Below are positions 10,557 to 20,783 of a stretch of 64,000 nucleotides of DNA, piece by piece (position 1 is the stretch's first letter; the number at the start of each line of letters is the position of its first letter). The stretch lies in NCBI GenBank assembly GCA_020348885.1, contig CP070755.1:1630689-1694688 (forward strand), in the 5' to 3' direction. The position numbers and the translations under genes are program-made. The DNA is from Candidatus Coatesbacteria bacterium. Its GTDB lineage: Bacteria; RBG-13-66-14; B26-G2; WVWN01; G020348885. The notes beneath the pieces are model-generated. The model saw nothing but the letters and a program-made list of their open reading frames with translations. It did no database searches and was not told the DNA's origin.

Positions 10557-10667
10557 AACGGCTGAAACGATACGAAAACGCCGAATATTCAGTTAATACA
10601 GATGAATATGCGGGAATCGCACGATAAAAGCGGTTTCGCGGTACTGAATAAAAGTTCCTCCTACGAA

Positions 10668-10700
10668 AACCCTCGCTACGGCAGGGTTTTTGCATATATC
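10668..10700 (+). terminator. Putative rho-independent terminator downstream of the TldD/PmbA gene
   Basis: aaccctcgctacggcagggtttttgc, hairpin then T-run. Confidence 0.45.
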
Positions 10701-10776
10701 GCGTGTTAATGCATCCATGCCATACCGTGCTGCTTTAAAAAAAAGGGTTTTTTTTTAGTTTGAGGGCAATTTTCTA

Positions 10777-10805
10777 TTGACTTTTTGATAGCGTTATCGG
10801 ATAAT
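10777..10805 (+). promoter_or_regulatory. Near-consensus sigma70 promoter TTGACT-17-GATAAT, preceded by an A/T-rich UP-like tract
   Basis: ttgactttttgatagcgttatcggataat, read directly. Predicts a ~130-nt 5' leader before the RHH gene. Confidence 0.55.
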
Positions 10806-10940
10806 GGACCAAAATTGTCAGGGTTTGGCCGGGCTTCGTCCCGAACGCCAACCAAATCTTCTGACTTTCGAAGCCCCGCTAGCTAACCGGCTAAGCGGAA
10901 TAACCTGTTTCAAAAACCTAACCTAAAAAGGAGTGAAGAA

Positions 10941-11168
10941 ATGAAGAAAGCGAGAGCGGGAAGAACTAAGTCCGTTACGGTACGGTTAGACATCGAGATC
11001 AATGACCGCCTGGACGATTATTGCGCCGACACGAGGTTCTCGAAATCCTTGCTCGTGAACAGCGCCCTCGACTACTTCACTGGTTTGCCGGACGAACGCA
11101 AATTCGAAGTAATCAAGGACTACGTAATCGTCGCGAAGAAAGCCGCGCCGAAAGCCCCCGCCAGCTAA
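10941..11168 (+). CDS. Ribbon-helix-helix (CopG/Arc/MetJ-like) small DNA-binding protein
   Basis: 75 aa. The beta-strand then two helices (KSVTVRLDIEINDRLDDYCADTRFSKSLLVNSALDYF) fit RHH. AGGAG RBS. Followed by a strong terminator. Confidence 0.55.
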   Translation: MKKARAGRTKSVTVRLDIEINDRLDDYCADTRFSKSLLVNSALDYFTGLPDERKFEVIKDYVIVAKKAAPKAPAS

Positions 11169-11207
11169 CGAGCGGTTGCCAAAGCGCTATACGACGGAAT
11201 ATAAAGG

Positions 11208-11237
11208 GCCGGCAACGGCGAGTTGCCGGCTTTTTTT
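11208..11237 (+). terminator. Rho-independent terminator
   Basis: gccggcaacggcgagttgccggc hairpin plus ttttttt. Confidence 0.8.
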
Positions 11238-11314
11238 CGCGTTTTTACTCCGAATCACGAAATGGACGCGCTCTCCCACGGAATACGTTTACCGGGCAAA
11301 TAAATAGATATTAC

Positions 11315-11342
11315 TTGACATCACGATACCCTTATGATAAAT
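11315..11342 (+). promoter_or_regulatory. Sigma70 promoter TTGACA-16-ATAAAT immediately upstream of the tRNA
   Basis: ttgacatcacgatacccttatgataaat. The tRNA 5' end lies ~7 nt downstream. Confidence 0.5.
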
Positions 11343-11348
11343 AAGACG

Positions 11349-11422
<74 letters not shown>

Positions 11423-11557
11423 ATAGTTGCCGGGGCCGCTTCGACGGCCCTTTTTTAAATACGTTTAACCGGCGCATTACTTCGCGGTTTATACTCATAA
11501 TACGCGAGAATAATAGGTTTAATCCATCCCGCCCGGTACAATTAGGTCCGGGTTACG

Positions 11558-13555
11558 ATGATGTATACGGGTAGTTTCGGAAAAAGACTAACGATAGGAT
11601 TTGCGGCTGGTACCCTCGCCGGTTTACTCGATTTCGCGGCGGCTTTCGCGGCGGGGCCGAATTTCGCGATATTCGAGCACTACCGGCTCCTATCGCTTCT
11701 CGCGTTAATTTCGACTCTACCCTTCGTAATCGTCGGTGTCGCGGCGGGCTTATTTTACCATTTCATCCGACTACTTCCCTTATTTAACCGGAGAACGTTT
11801 TTTCCAAGTACTTATACAACTGTCCTCGCGTTAGGCTTTACGTTCTTCGTATACGCGAGGTACATTTGGGTATTTAAGATATATCTCGTCGGGGCTCACC
11901 CGGTTTTTACTTACGTCAATTTAGCCGTAATGGTTGCGTTATTATTCCCCCTTACTTGGGCCCTCTACAGCGTTCTAATCCGTATAACAACATACTTGAA
12001 AAGGATTAAAATAACGCCGAAAATCGCCACCGGCGCGGTCTTCCTGTTGTTATTGACATTCCCCACCGTTGCCGTCGTATACTCGTCGGTAGAAGAACTA
12101 ACGCGGCCGTCGGAACAGCCGTTTATCTGCATCATTCTGGTGGACACCCTCCGGGTTGACCATTGTTCCTGCTACGGTTACGAGCGCGAAACGACGCCTT
12201 ACCTAGACGGGCTTGCCGGAAACGGAACGATATTCGAGAATTGTATCTCCCAGGCCCCGTGGACTAAACCGTCGGTGGCGACGTTATTTACCGGATTACC
12301 GTCAATTACCCATAAAACAGTAAGGATTTTCGATTCAATTCCCGGAGAATCCTACACGATGGCCGAAAGACTTAACGATGCGGGTTACGTAACGGTCGCC
12401 AATTCTTCTAATTTTCAAGTAACCCCCGATTTCAATTTCCAGCAGGGATTCGACTTCTTTATAACGGACCAAGAACACGTATTTCTTTCGGAGTATCTCG
12501 GTTGTATCGGAGCGAAAACGTTCGACCGGGCCTACGAATTCTATCTAAATGTTAAGCATAGGCAAACGTGGAAATGCCTGCCCATGAAAGAAATCGCCAG
12601 AAACCAGACGGAACAAGTACTATTAACGGTTTCGTTGCTTAACCGACGGCCGACTTTCATATATATACATTATATGGAACCGCACGTACCCTATATGCCC
12701 TCCGGGCGTTTCGGCGGAGTGTTCGGTCCGCCGGTTGACGACCCACGGTTTTTTCCCGACGCTTGTAACGTCGAATACACATTCTTAACGGATCCGGAAT
12801 CGCGTTACGACATTACGGAATCCCAAAAGGAGGAACTCGTACGCCGGTACGACTGCGAAATACGACAAAACGACGACGCGATAAGCCCCTGGGTCAACAT
12901 AATGGACCGTAAGAACCGGTGGGACGATTCGCTGCTAATATTCGTCGCCGACCACGGCGAAGAGTTTATGGACCACGGTTTTTTATACCACAACCGGGCC
13001 CTTTACCAGGAATCTATCCACGTTCCGCTTATTATATGGGATAGTCGGGTGAGTAAACAACCTAGTCGGGTAAGTCCTAACGTAATGGTCGCCGATATTA
13101 TGCCGACGGTACTCGATTGGGCCGCGACCGCGGTACCGTCGGAGAACCAGGATTTCTACGGCATCAGTTTATTACCTTCGTTAAACGGACAGGACGTCCC
13201 CGAAGGAAGGCGAATCATCGCCGAAATAGACTGGGACGTTTACGCGACAAGAGAATCCAAAACACCGGAAAGAAAGCCTGACGGTTATATAGTCTCCGAA
13301 AGCATCATAATAGATAACTATAAATTAATTCGAGACCATAACCGGAATAAGGTCTTAATATATGACTTAGCATCCGACCCCAATGAAGTCGAACCACTAA
13401 GCGGGTCAAACGGTAAAGCCGAATCCTTATCGTCCTTGGAAGACACCTTAAACGAAACGTTATCGTACTGGGAAAGAAAGGCGTTAACGAGCGAAGCGGT
13501 TAAAGTAGATGAAGAAACGTGGAACAAGATGAGAGACCTAGGTTATGTGAAATAA
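11558..13555 (+). CDS. Membrane-anchored sulfatase-family (alkaline phosphatase superfamily) protein, probably a phospho-transferase or hydrolase acting on envelope substrates
   Basis: ~190 aa of N-terminal TM helices, then a sulfatase-like domain (ICIILVDTLRVDHCSCYGYERETTPYLDGLAGNGTIFENCISQAPWTKPS…ADHGEEFMDHG). Confidence 0.65.
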   Translation: MMYTGSFGKRLTIGFAAGTLAGLLDFAAAFAAGPNFAIFEHYRLLSLLALISTLPFVIVGVAAGLFYHFIRLLPLFNRRTFFPSTYTTVLALGFTFFVYARYIWVFKIYLVGAHPVFTYVNLAVMVALLFPLTWALYSVLIRITTYLKRIKITPKIATGAVFLLLLTFPTVAVVYSSVEELTRPSEQPFICIILVDTLRVDHCSCYGYERETTPYLDGLAGNGTIFENCISQAPWTKPSVATLFTGLPSITHKTVRIFDSIPGESYTMAERLNDAGYVTVANSSNFQVTPDFNFQQGFDFFITDQEHVFLSEYLGCIGAKTFDRAYEFYLNVKHRQTWKCLPMKEIARNQTEQVLLTVSLLNRRPTFIYIHYMEPHVPYMPSGRFGGVFGPPVDDPRFFPDACNVEYTFLTDPESRYDITESQKEELVRRYDCEIRQNDDAISPWVNIMDRKNRWDDSLLIFVADHGEEFMDHGFLYHNRALYQESIHVPLIIWDSRVSKQPSRVSPNVMVADIMPTVLDWAATAVPSENQDFYGISLLPSLNGQDVPEGRRIIAEIDWDVYATRESKTPERKPDGYIVSESIIIDNYKLIRDHNRNKVLIYDLASDPNEVEPLSGSNGKAESLSSLEDTLNETLSYWERKALTSEAVKVDEETWNKMRDLGYVK

Positions 13556-13601
13556 CCAGCGTACGCACTAGAGAAGTTTCGACATCTTACTTCAAACCCT
13601 G

Positions 13602-15179
13602 TTAATCCGTACGGACTTCTCGTTTTTCGAAAACTGGTATCTCCTCGCCGAATAAACGTTTACCCATATCGGCATACTCTAAACTATCGACGTCCGATAA
13701 TCGGTCTACTATAACGCTAAAATATCGCGAGTCCTCCCTTACGAAATACGAATGGTAGTGGTCGAAGCTTCTATGTACAACCGCTACGGTCACAAACCCG
13801 TAATCTACCATATAGTGTTTGATAATACTTATTTCCGTATCGTCGGGGCTAAACTTCCCCGGCGAATCTAAAATCATTATAAGATCCGGATTGACGGATA
13901 TAAGGAACTCCGTCGATAGGCCGTTGTGCGCTATTTCCTCCGAGTTCAATCCCAACATATCTATAGTCTTCCAACCGGAGTAGTAAGGTAACGCCCCGGA
14001 TTCGCTAGTGAACATGGTTCCCGGGATGCCGGCCAGTTCCTTACCCATCGCAACACGATCGTACTGGGTTACATTCTCTTTTGCGAATAATACAGACGGC
14101 GTGAATCGTAAAGTCCATCCGGCGAATACAAGTACTAATATCAATGATACCCACCAGCGAGCGATAAACAACCGTTTATATTCCAGTTTCGCGAAGTAAT
14201 AAACGACGGCGTATAACGTAGCAGGGTAAACAGGGAATATAAACCGCCAGAAAAAACCTTGAATCGGGTTTATAAAAAACAAGTACAACCCGAAGAAGAT
14301 AGCACCTAATACTACCGGCAATATGTATATTATCCTTTTTTTATCGAAATATTTACCGGCTAAAAACGATATTATCAAAAAGTAGGGCGATAAATACCTA
14401 GTCAAAAATACCTTTACGTCGTTTACGCCCCACGGGCTTATTTTACCGGCGGTCCCGGCGAATTTTATATAGAAAGTATTCGGGAAGAAGTACCCGAAAT
14501 AACTTATCCGCCAGACCATATAAATAAGCCCGAACATAACGAAAACCGGGCAGGGTAAGAGGAAACCGCGTAAAAGTTTCCAGTTCTTATCGGCAGTAAG
14601 ATACGCCGTTAAACCTACGAAAATACCGAAGCTAAACACTAAAGTGTCGGGTCTAGTAAGCCCTCCGATGAAAGCGACGACCCACCAAAACCAACAATAC
14701 GACATCCTCGCCGGCCCGCCAGCTATTTCAAAACTTAACCTCGCAAGAACATAGAGAATGAAGGCCGTAAAAACGGTTTCGGTACCCTGTATTGTAAGAA
14801 ACGCGAACGGCGGGCTCAACGCTATCGACCCCGCGAAAATAAAAGCGAGACCCCAATTCATTTTCTTCGTAACGCGGGCGATATCCCAAATAATTAAAAG
14901 CACCGCGAGTACGGAGACCGTTTTTGAGAACAATACCGGGTTCAGGCCCAACAAAATCGCGAATGCGTTCAGTACGACCCAAGCGAAGCTGGTATAACCT
15001 TCCACCGGGTCCTCGCCAACGTTCCATACGACCCCGTGGCCGTGGGCAAGGTTTTGAGCGTACCGGTAGATAATATACGCGTCATCTAGTACGAAATCGT
15101 AACACAAGAACAACAAGAACCCGAAGGCCAAGGTACAAATCGTCCCGATAACGACGGTTTTTCGGTCGGGAGCTTTCAT
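13602..15179 (-). CDS. Large polytopic membrane protein, GT-C-like (ArnT/PMT-type) glycosyltransferase candidate
   Basis: 525 aa with more than 10 predicted TM helices. The N-terminal motif DDAYIIYRYAQNLAHGHGVVWN resembles GT-C arabinosyl/mannosyltransferase families, from memory. Confidence 0.4.
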   Translation of the reverse strand: MKAPDRKTVVIGTICTLAFGFLLFLCYDFVLDDAYIIYRYAQNLAHGHGVVWNVGEDPVEGYTSFAWVVLNAFAILLGLNPVLFSKTVSVLAVLLIIWDIARVTKKMNWGLAFIFAGSIALSPPFAFLTIQGTETVFTAFILYVLARLSFEIAGGPARMSYCWFWWVVAFIGGLTRPDTLVFSFGIFVGLTAYLTADKNWKLLRGFLLPCPVFVMFGLIYMVWRISYFGYFFPNTFYIKFAGTAGKISPWGVNDVKVFLTRYLSPYFLIISFLAGKYFDKKRIIYILPVVLGAIFFGLYLFFINPIQGFFWRFIFPVYPATLYAVVYYFAKLEYKRLFIARWWVSLILVLVFAGWTLRFTPSVLFAKENVTQYDRVAMGKELAGIPGTMFTSESGALPYYSGWKTIDMLGLNSEEIAHNGLSTEFLISVNPDLIMILDSPGKFSPDDTEISIIKHYMVDYGFVTVAVVHRSFDHYHSYFVREDSRYFSVIVDRLSDVDSLEYADMGKRLFGEEIPVFEKREVRTD

Positions 15180-15517
15180 ATCCAGGTACTAGATTCTTTG
15201 CGGTCCAGCAAAGCCTCTTCTAACGAAGGAGTTTCGACTGGTACGTACGCTCAACTTACGGTATTCTAATCTCGCCGTCGCCGCATTTCAACGACAAACG
15301 GCCACCGTACGGTCGAAGTAAAACGGCGGCGGATTCGAGAATCCGGGACATCCGCCTTGCCCGGAGGCTAATACTATGTTATACGACTATACTCATATAC
15401 CTATGAAACCGCTAAAAAAAGCCGTAGAAATTGCCGACGCACTGTGCCGTAGCGAGCGACCGAGCCGTTCTTTACGTTATTAAACGGTACTCTTAGTTTA
15501 GTACACCCGGCGCTAAC

Positions 15518-17548
15518 ATGGCGTTTATATTCTCCAACACCGTCTTGGCCCTGTTTTCCGCGGTCGCGTTTTACGCGACGGGCCGCGTTCTCGCGACGGT
15601 CTTCGGCTTCCGGGCCCAAAACGTATCGGAAAAGTTCGCAGTTTATATCCCGTTCGGGATGGCTGCGTACGCCCTAGCTTTCACGGTCTTCGGCTTCGCG
15701 CATCTTTATCACCCGACAACGGCATACGTTGCCCTGATCGCCGGATGCGCTTTCATCGGATATAAACCCCGAGGGCTAATCGAAGAATTATACTCGGCTT
15801 TCCTTTCCGTCGTCAAGGGGTTAACGGCTTATAAAGAACCTGAAAAAGCGTTTTCGGTCGCAATCTTTACCCTCCTAACGGTTTTCTTTACCTTGGCGGC
15901 CCTGAGTCCCGAAATTTGGAAATGGGACGTTTTAACGTACCATCTTACGTTACCGGCCCGTTATATAACGAACGGCGGTATTTATTTTATCCCCGATATC
16001 CGCGCATCCTCTTTCCCCCAGTACCAGGAACAGACCAACCTTTTCGGGATGTTGCTATATTCTGACCGCCTGTCACGTTTCTTCGTTTTAACGACGTGGG
16101 TTTCTTTAGCCGCGATGACCTACGCCGGGGCAAAACGCTTTTTCGGGGGCCGTTCGGCGAACTTCGCCGCGTTGACGTTTATCGTCTGCCCTTTTACCCT
16201 CGGTTTTTTACCGGTCAGCGTAAACGATTTATGGTGGGCTTCCTTCTTCTGCCTATCGGTTTTCTTCGCGTATAGATGGGCCGTCAACGGGGGATTCGGT
16301 AATATACTGGCGGCGTCTTTTCTCGCGGGAATCGCGATGGGAAGTAAAATCCTCCACGTATTCCTTCTCGTATATTATTTTGCTTTTTTAATATACGCCC
16401 TTAATAAAAGACGCACAGAAACTCTTAAAATTATCGGGAGTTTCGCCGCCTTTTTATCCGTGAGTATTATTATCGCTTCGCCGTGGTTCGTAAGGAATTA
16501 TATACATACGGGAGACTTATTGGGGTTCGTCAACAACGATTACGAGAACGTCGCTCATTGGCGCGGTGAGGATTATCCCGGCGGATTATTAGGCAAGCTC
16601 CTCTGGTTCATATCGCTTCCGACGTTCAACGGCCCCGAGGTTAACGCCTTTACTTGGCCGTTATTGTACTTATATGTTCTGTTCGGCCGCTTCAGTTGGC
16701 GCCAGTGCTACGGGCTCGGGCTATTGTTATATCCCGGCATGCTGCTATCCTTTTTCTCCGGTAAGGATACCCGCAAGCGAACGATCGCCTTCACTTTGGT
16801 AATCCTACTATATCTCCTCATTTGGGTTTTCCTGTTTAAGGCCACCAACCCGCGATACCTTTTACCCATAGTCCCCATTATGGCCATCCTAAGCGGTTAC
16901 GGGTACTCCAAGTTTATTACGTCGAACCGTAGTCTATTGAAAGGTGTCGGGATCTTCGTGTTCGTTGTCTCGTTAGCCTTGACCGCCGTTGGAACAAAAG
17001 GGGTAATCGAGGACAGGATCGAATGGGTACTCGTCGGCGTAAACCCCGGATACCATAAACAGTACTTACTGGACGTGATGTTCGGAGGAGAAGACTTACC
17101 CGGGGCGATCGACGAACTACCGACCGAATCGAAAATCTTCAGCACCGATTCATTCGTCTATTACTTACCGGATAACGTATTCGTCGCCGACAGCAGGAAC
17201 ACGTTCTTTTTCGATTACAACGAAGCATCAAACCCCGTCGGATTATACACGCTTATCCGCGCCGAAGGCTATACGCACGTTTTAAGCGACCCGGAAAAAT
17301 CCGACTTCTACTTCCCGGGTAATCGGTTCGGCGGCGACCCCCGACGCTACCAATATCACTTTACCAGGGATTTTCTAGCTGAATACGCCGCACCTACCGG
17401 CGGTGCCGACGGCGACGGTAAATTCGGGAATAGGCGGCTTTATCGGCTGAAAGAAGAGAATGAGTTGACCTCGATCCCGCGAAAAGAAACTAGCGTCAGC
17501 GAATTAACTAAAGAAGCCCGGGAAGCTTTTGTAACGAAGACCGACTAA
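15518..17548 (+). CDS. Large polytopic membrane protein, GT-C fold (PMT_2/ArnT-like) glycosyltransferase candidate
   Basis: 676 aa with more than 12 TM helices and a C-terminal soluble domain. Divergently transcribed from the previous GT-C-like gene. Confidence 0.4.
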   Translation: MAFIFSNTVLALFSAVAFYATGRVLATVFGFRAQNVSEKFAVYIPFGMAAYALAFTVFGFAHLYHPTTAYVALIAGCAFIGYKPRGLIEELYSAFLSVVKGLTAYKEPEKAFSVAIFTLLTVFFTLAALSPEIWKWDVLTYHLTLPARYITNGGIYFIPDIRASSFPQYQEQTNLFGMLLYSDRLSRFFVLTTWVSLAAMTYAGAKRFFGGRSANFAALTFIVCPFTLGFLPVSVNDLWWASFFCLSVFFAYRWAVNGGFGNILAASFLAGIAMGSKILHVFLLVYYFAFLIYALNKRRTETLKIIGSFAAFLSVSIIIASPWFVRNYIHTGDLLGFVNNDYENVAHWRGEDYPGGLLGKLLWFISLPTFNGPEVNAFTWPLLYLYVLFGRFSWRQCYGLGLLLYPGMLLSFFSGKDTRKRTIAFTLVILLYLLIWVFLFKATNPRYLLPIVPIMAILSGYGYSKFITSNRSLLKGVGIFVFVVSLALTAVGTKGVIEDRIEWVLVGVNPGYHKQYLLDVMFGGEDLPGAIDELPTESKIFSTDSFVYYLPDNVFVADSRNTFFFDYNEASNPVGLYTLIRAEGYTHVLSDPEKSDFYFPGNRFGGDPRRYQYHFTRDFLAEYAAPTGGADGDGKFGNRRLYRLKEENELTSIPRKETSVSELTKEAREAFVTKTD

Positions 17549-17631
17549 CCGGATTCCAAACGGAACACGTTACCCCGCCGTACCCTTTAAAGGTCGGTCA
17601 GAATAACGCCGGTTTAAACGTTAAAATCCCC

Positions 17632-17660
17632 TTGCACCCCCGTAGACCCTATGTTATATC
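17632..17660 (+). promoter_or_regulatory. Sigma70-like promoter upstream of nuoC (TTGCAC-16-TTATAT with TG)
   Basis: cttgcacccccgtagaccctatgttatatc, read directly. Confidence 0.4.
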
Positions 17661-17690
17661 TTCGGCAAATTTGACCCTGGAGGAACACCG

Positions 17691-18158
17691 ATGGCTACGT
17701 TTACTGAAACCGCGAAAAAACTCAAAGCCGAACTCGCCGAAACGATCATCGAAATATCCGACGGGAATAAAATACCGTACGTAAAAATTGACGCAACCGC
17801 CGCACACGACGCCGCCACGGCCCTCTACGGCGCCGGTTACGACTCCCTCCTGTACATCACGGCCAAAGACTACCCCGACGACGGCGAACTCGAGCTGGTC
17901 TGGCACTATTTTTCCTACCCGACGAACGAGGAGTTCTTCGTCAAGGCACGGGTACCGCGGTCAGGCGCCCACGTACCGACTATCTCCGATATATACGCCC
18001 ACGCCGAGTGGCAGGAGGACGAGGTCTACGAGATGTTCGGCGTGGCCTTCGAAGGGCACCCGAACCCGAGGCGCCTCCTCACGCCCGAGTGGCTCGAGGG
18101 ACACCCCTTACTTAAAGATTACGAAAACCCCGATTTGGAGAAGATACCCAATCAATAA
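17691..18158 (+). CDS. nuoC: NADH-quinone oxidoreductase subunit C (30 kDa)
   Basis: NuoC motifs (…DYPDDGELELVWHYFS…EWQEDEVYEMFGVAFEGHPNPRRLL). Separate from nuoD, not fused. Confidence 0.88.
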   Translation: MATFTETAKKLKAELAETIIEISDGNKIPYVKIDATAAHDAATALYGAGYDSLLYITAKDYPDDGELELVWHYFSYPTNEEFFVKARVPRSGAHVPTISDIYAHAEWQEDEVYEMFGVAFEGHPNPRRLLTPEWLEGHPLLKDYENPDLEKIPNQ

Positions 18159-18256
18159 CGATGCGTCGTATGCGCTGTACGCGGATTGGATCCGCTGCTA
18201 CTAGGAATTACTTATTGACTAAATAGAAATAACCGGAAGTTTTTAGGAGCGACCCG

Positions 18257-19378
18257 ATGTCCACCGAAACTCGCGAGCTGAGGACCGAAGAGTTCAAGGT
18301 CAACATAGGCCCCCAGCACCCCAGCACCCACGGCGTCTTCCGAATGGTCAACACGATGGACGGCGAGCGCATCGTCGCCTGTGAACCCCACATCGGCTTC
18401 CTCCACCGCTCGATGGAGAAGATGGCCGAGAACCGCCAGTACATCTCCTACCTCATGATGACCGACCGAATCGACTACCTGAGCGGCCTCTTCTGCAACG
18501 AGGCCCACTGCAGAGCCATCGAGGAGTTATACGAACTGGAAGTTACCAAACGCGCTCAGTACATCCGCGTGATGCTGATGGAACTCAACCGCATCGCCAG
18601 CCACTCGATCTTCTGGGGCATCTTCGCCCTGGACCTGGGCGCCATCACCCCGTTCCTCTGGGCCTTCCGCGAGCGCGAGGTCGTGATGGACTTGCTCGAG
18701 ATGACCACCGGCCAGCGGATAACGTTCAGCTACTTTCGGCCCGGCGGCGTCGCCGAGGACCTTCCGGTGGAAGACTTCTTGCGACGGGCCAAGTTCTTCG
18801 TAAAAGACTTCCCGTACCGGGTCGCCGACTACCACCGCCTGCTAGATAAAAACGAGATATTCGTTCACCGGACCAAAGGCGTAGGCGTAATCCCGGCCGA
18901 CATGGCCGTAAACTACGGTCTGACCGGACCGAATCTGCGGTGCTCGGGCGTAGACTTCGACCTGCGTAAAGACCGGCCGTACGAATGTTACGAGGACTTC
19001 GATTTCGACGTGATTACGTACGAAGAAGGCGACTGCTACGCCCGCTATATGGCCCGTATTTACGAGATGGAAGAGTCGTACCGGATATTCAAGCAGGCCC
19101 TCGAGGGACTGCCCGAGGGCGACGTCAAGTCGCCGGATACGCCGAAGAAGATAAAACCGCCGGCCGGCGAGGTTTACGTCCGGGTCGAGTCGCCCCGCGG
19201 CGACTACGGCCTTTATATGGAAAGCGACGGGTCCGACAAACCTTACCGTTACAAGCTCCGGACGCCGTCGTTCAGCAATTTGTGCATCCTCCCGAAGCTG
19301 CTCGAGAACGCGTACCTGGCCGACATGGTCCCCATCTTTGGGTCGTTGGACGTAATACTCCCCGACGTGGACCGCTAA
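18257..19378 (+). CDS. nuoD: NADH-quinone oxidoreductase subunit D (49 kDa)
   Basis: NIGPQHPSTHGVFRMV…, ending in a conserved C-terminus. Confidence 0.92.
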   Translation: MSTETRELRTEEFKVNIGPQHPSTHGVFRMVNTMDGERIVACEPHIGFLHRSMEKMAENRQYISYLMMTDRIDYLSGLFCNEAHCRAIEELYELEVTKRAQYIRVMLMELNRIASHSIFWGIFALDLGAITPFLWAFREREVVMDLLEMTTGQRITFSYFRPGGVAEDLPVEDFLRRAKFFVKDFPYRVADYHRLLDKNEIFVHRTKGVGVIPADMAVNYGLTGPNLRCSGVDFDLRKDRPYECYEDFDFDVITYEEGDCYARYMARIYEMEESYRIFKQALEGLPEGDVKSPDTPKKIKPPAGEVYVRVESPRGDYGLYMESDGSDKPYRYKLRTPSFSNLCILPKLLENAYLADMVPIFGSLDVILPDVDR

Positions 19379-19384
19379 TATAAT

Positions 19385-19546
19385 ATGGTATCGAAGGAGA
19401 AAAACGAAAACGAAGAACTAAAGCCGGAGTACGACCGTCGGGGTCTTAAGCCGATATACCTTCTATTCGGCGTCCTGATCGCGATAATCGCCGGCATAAT
19501 CGGGTTCTTCGTAGCCCTCTTCGGCAGGAGCAGGCGGTACTTCTAG
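19385..19546 (+). CDS. Small single-TM protein (53 aa) inserted between nuoD and nuoH
   Basis: Unlisted ORF MVSKEKNENEELKPEYDRRGLKPIYLLFGVLIAIIAGIIGFFVALFGRSRRYF. The start is 6 nt after the nuoD stop; no clear SD. Confidence 0.35.
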   Translation: MVSKEKNENEELKPEYDRRGLKPIYLLFGVLIAIIAGIIGFFVALFGRSRRYF

Positions 19547-19595
19547 CGGTACTTAAACGCGAACGGAACGCTGTAGGCATCGAAGGACGTTACAT

Positions 19596-20627
19596 ATGCA
19601 CGCGCTCTTCGGCTGGTTGAACGAAAAGTGGACCGCCCTAATCGAGTGGCTCGGTCTCCCGGACTTCATCGTACCCGCCGGACAGATGGTCTTCGACGGA
19701 ATATGCGTCGCCGGGTTCATCGCCGTACTGGTACTCTTCCTGATATGGCTGGAGCGTAAAATCTCCGGCCACGCCCAGGACCGGTTCGGGCCGATGCGGG
19801 TCGGCTGGCACGGCTGCATCCAGACCGTCGCCGACGCTATAAAGCTAATCCAGAAGGAGGACATAGTCCCCGCCCGGGCCGACCGCTGGGTATATAACGT
19901 CGCGCCGTTTGTAGCCTTCGCGCCCACGGTCATCGCCTTCGTCGTCATACCCTTCGGCGACGGCGTCATCGTCAAGGACCTGAACATCGGTATTCTCTAT
20001 CTCTTCGCGATAACCAGCTTTGCCGTAATCGCGATTGTAATGGGCGGCTGGGCTTCCAACAACAAGTACGCGCTCTTGGGCGCTTTCCGGTCCGCGGCCC
20101 AACTCGTCAGCTACGAAGTACCGCTGGTACTCTCGGTCCTGGGCGTCTTGATGCTCGCCGGGACGATGCGGATGGGCGGAATCGTTGAAGCTCAGAGCTC
20201 TATGTGGTTCATCGTTTATCAGCCGCTGGGGTTCCTGATATACTTCGTCGCCGCGACGGCCGAGGTCAACCGTACGCCCTTCGACATCCCTGAGGCGGAA
20301 CAGGAGCTCGTGGCCGGGTTCAACGTCGAATACTCCGGAATGAAGTTCGCGATGTTCTTTCTGGCCGAGTTCGCGAACATGTTTCTGGTTGCTGCGATCG
20401 CGACGACGCTCTTCCTCGGCGGCTGGAAGGGACCTTTTCAGCCGTATATTCCCGGCGAGGTTTGGTTCCTCGTCAAGGCCCTGGGCCTTACGGCGCTCAT
20501 CCAGGTCTTCCGGTGGACGTACCCGCGGCTCCGCGTGGACCAACTAATGAGCTTCGCGTGGAAGCTGCTTTTGCCGTTAGCGTTTTTGAACATAATCGTC
20601 ACAGGGTTGATACTCGTACTGCGATAA
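19596..20627 (+). CDS. nuoH: NADH-quinone oxidoreductase subunit H
   Basis: 343 aa polytopic protein with NuoH/ND1 motifs (…DRFGPMRVGWHG…EQELVAGFNVEYSGMKFAMFFLAEF…). Confidence 0.92.
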   Translation: MHALFGWLNEKWTALIEWLGLPDFIVPAGQMVFDGICVAGFIAVLVLFLIWLERKISGHAQDRFGPMRVGWHGCIQTVADAIKLIQKEDIVPARADRWVYNVAPFVAFAPTVIAFVVIPFGDGVIVKDLNIGILYLFAITSFAVIAIVMGGWASNNKYALLGAFRSAAQLVSYEVPLVLSVLGVLMLAGTMRMGGIVEAQSSMWFIVYQPLGFLIYFVAATAEVNRTPFDIPEAEQELVAGFNVEYSGMKFAMFFLAEFANMFLVAAIATTLFLGGWKGPFQPYIPGEVWFLVKALGLTALIQVFRWTYPRLRVDQLMSFAWKLLLPLAFLNIIVTGLILVLR

Positions 20628-20639
20628 AAAGGAGGAACC

Positions 20640-20774
20640 ATGATGGACTTCTACGGACCTGGGATGTGGAGCGGCGTTTTAGTATCGTTCCTCACGAGCT
20701 GCCTCGCGATAGGTTTACCCGTCGCCATCGCGATTATCATCGGCGCGATAATCGTCCGCGGCGGAAAGAAATAA
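20640..20774 (+). CDS. Tiny membrane protein (44 aa), paralogue 1 of a tandem pair
   Basis: Unlisted ORF MMDFYGPGMWSGVLVSFLTSCLAIGLPVAIAIIIGAIIVRGGKK. Strong RBS AAGGAGG 7 nt upstream. Confidence 0.6.
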   Translation: MMDFYGPGMWSGVLVSFLTSCLAIGLPVAIAIIIGAIIVRGGKK

Positions 20775-20783
20775 ACGGCCGGC

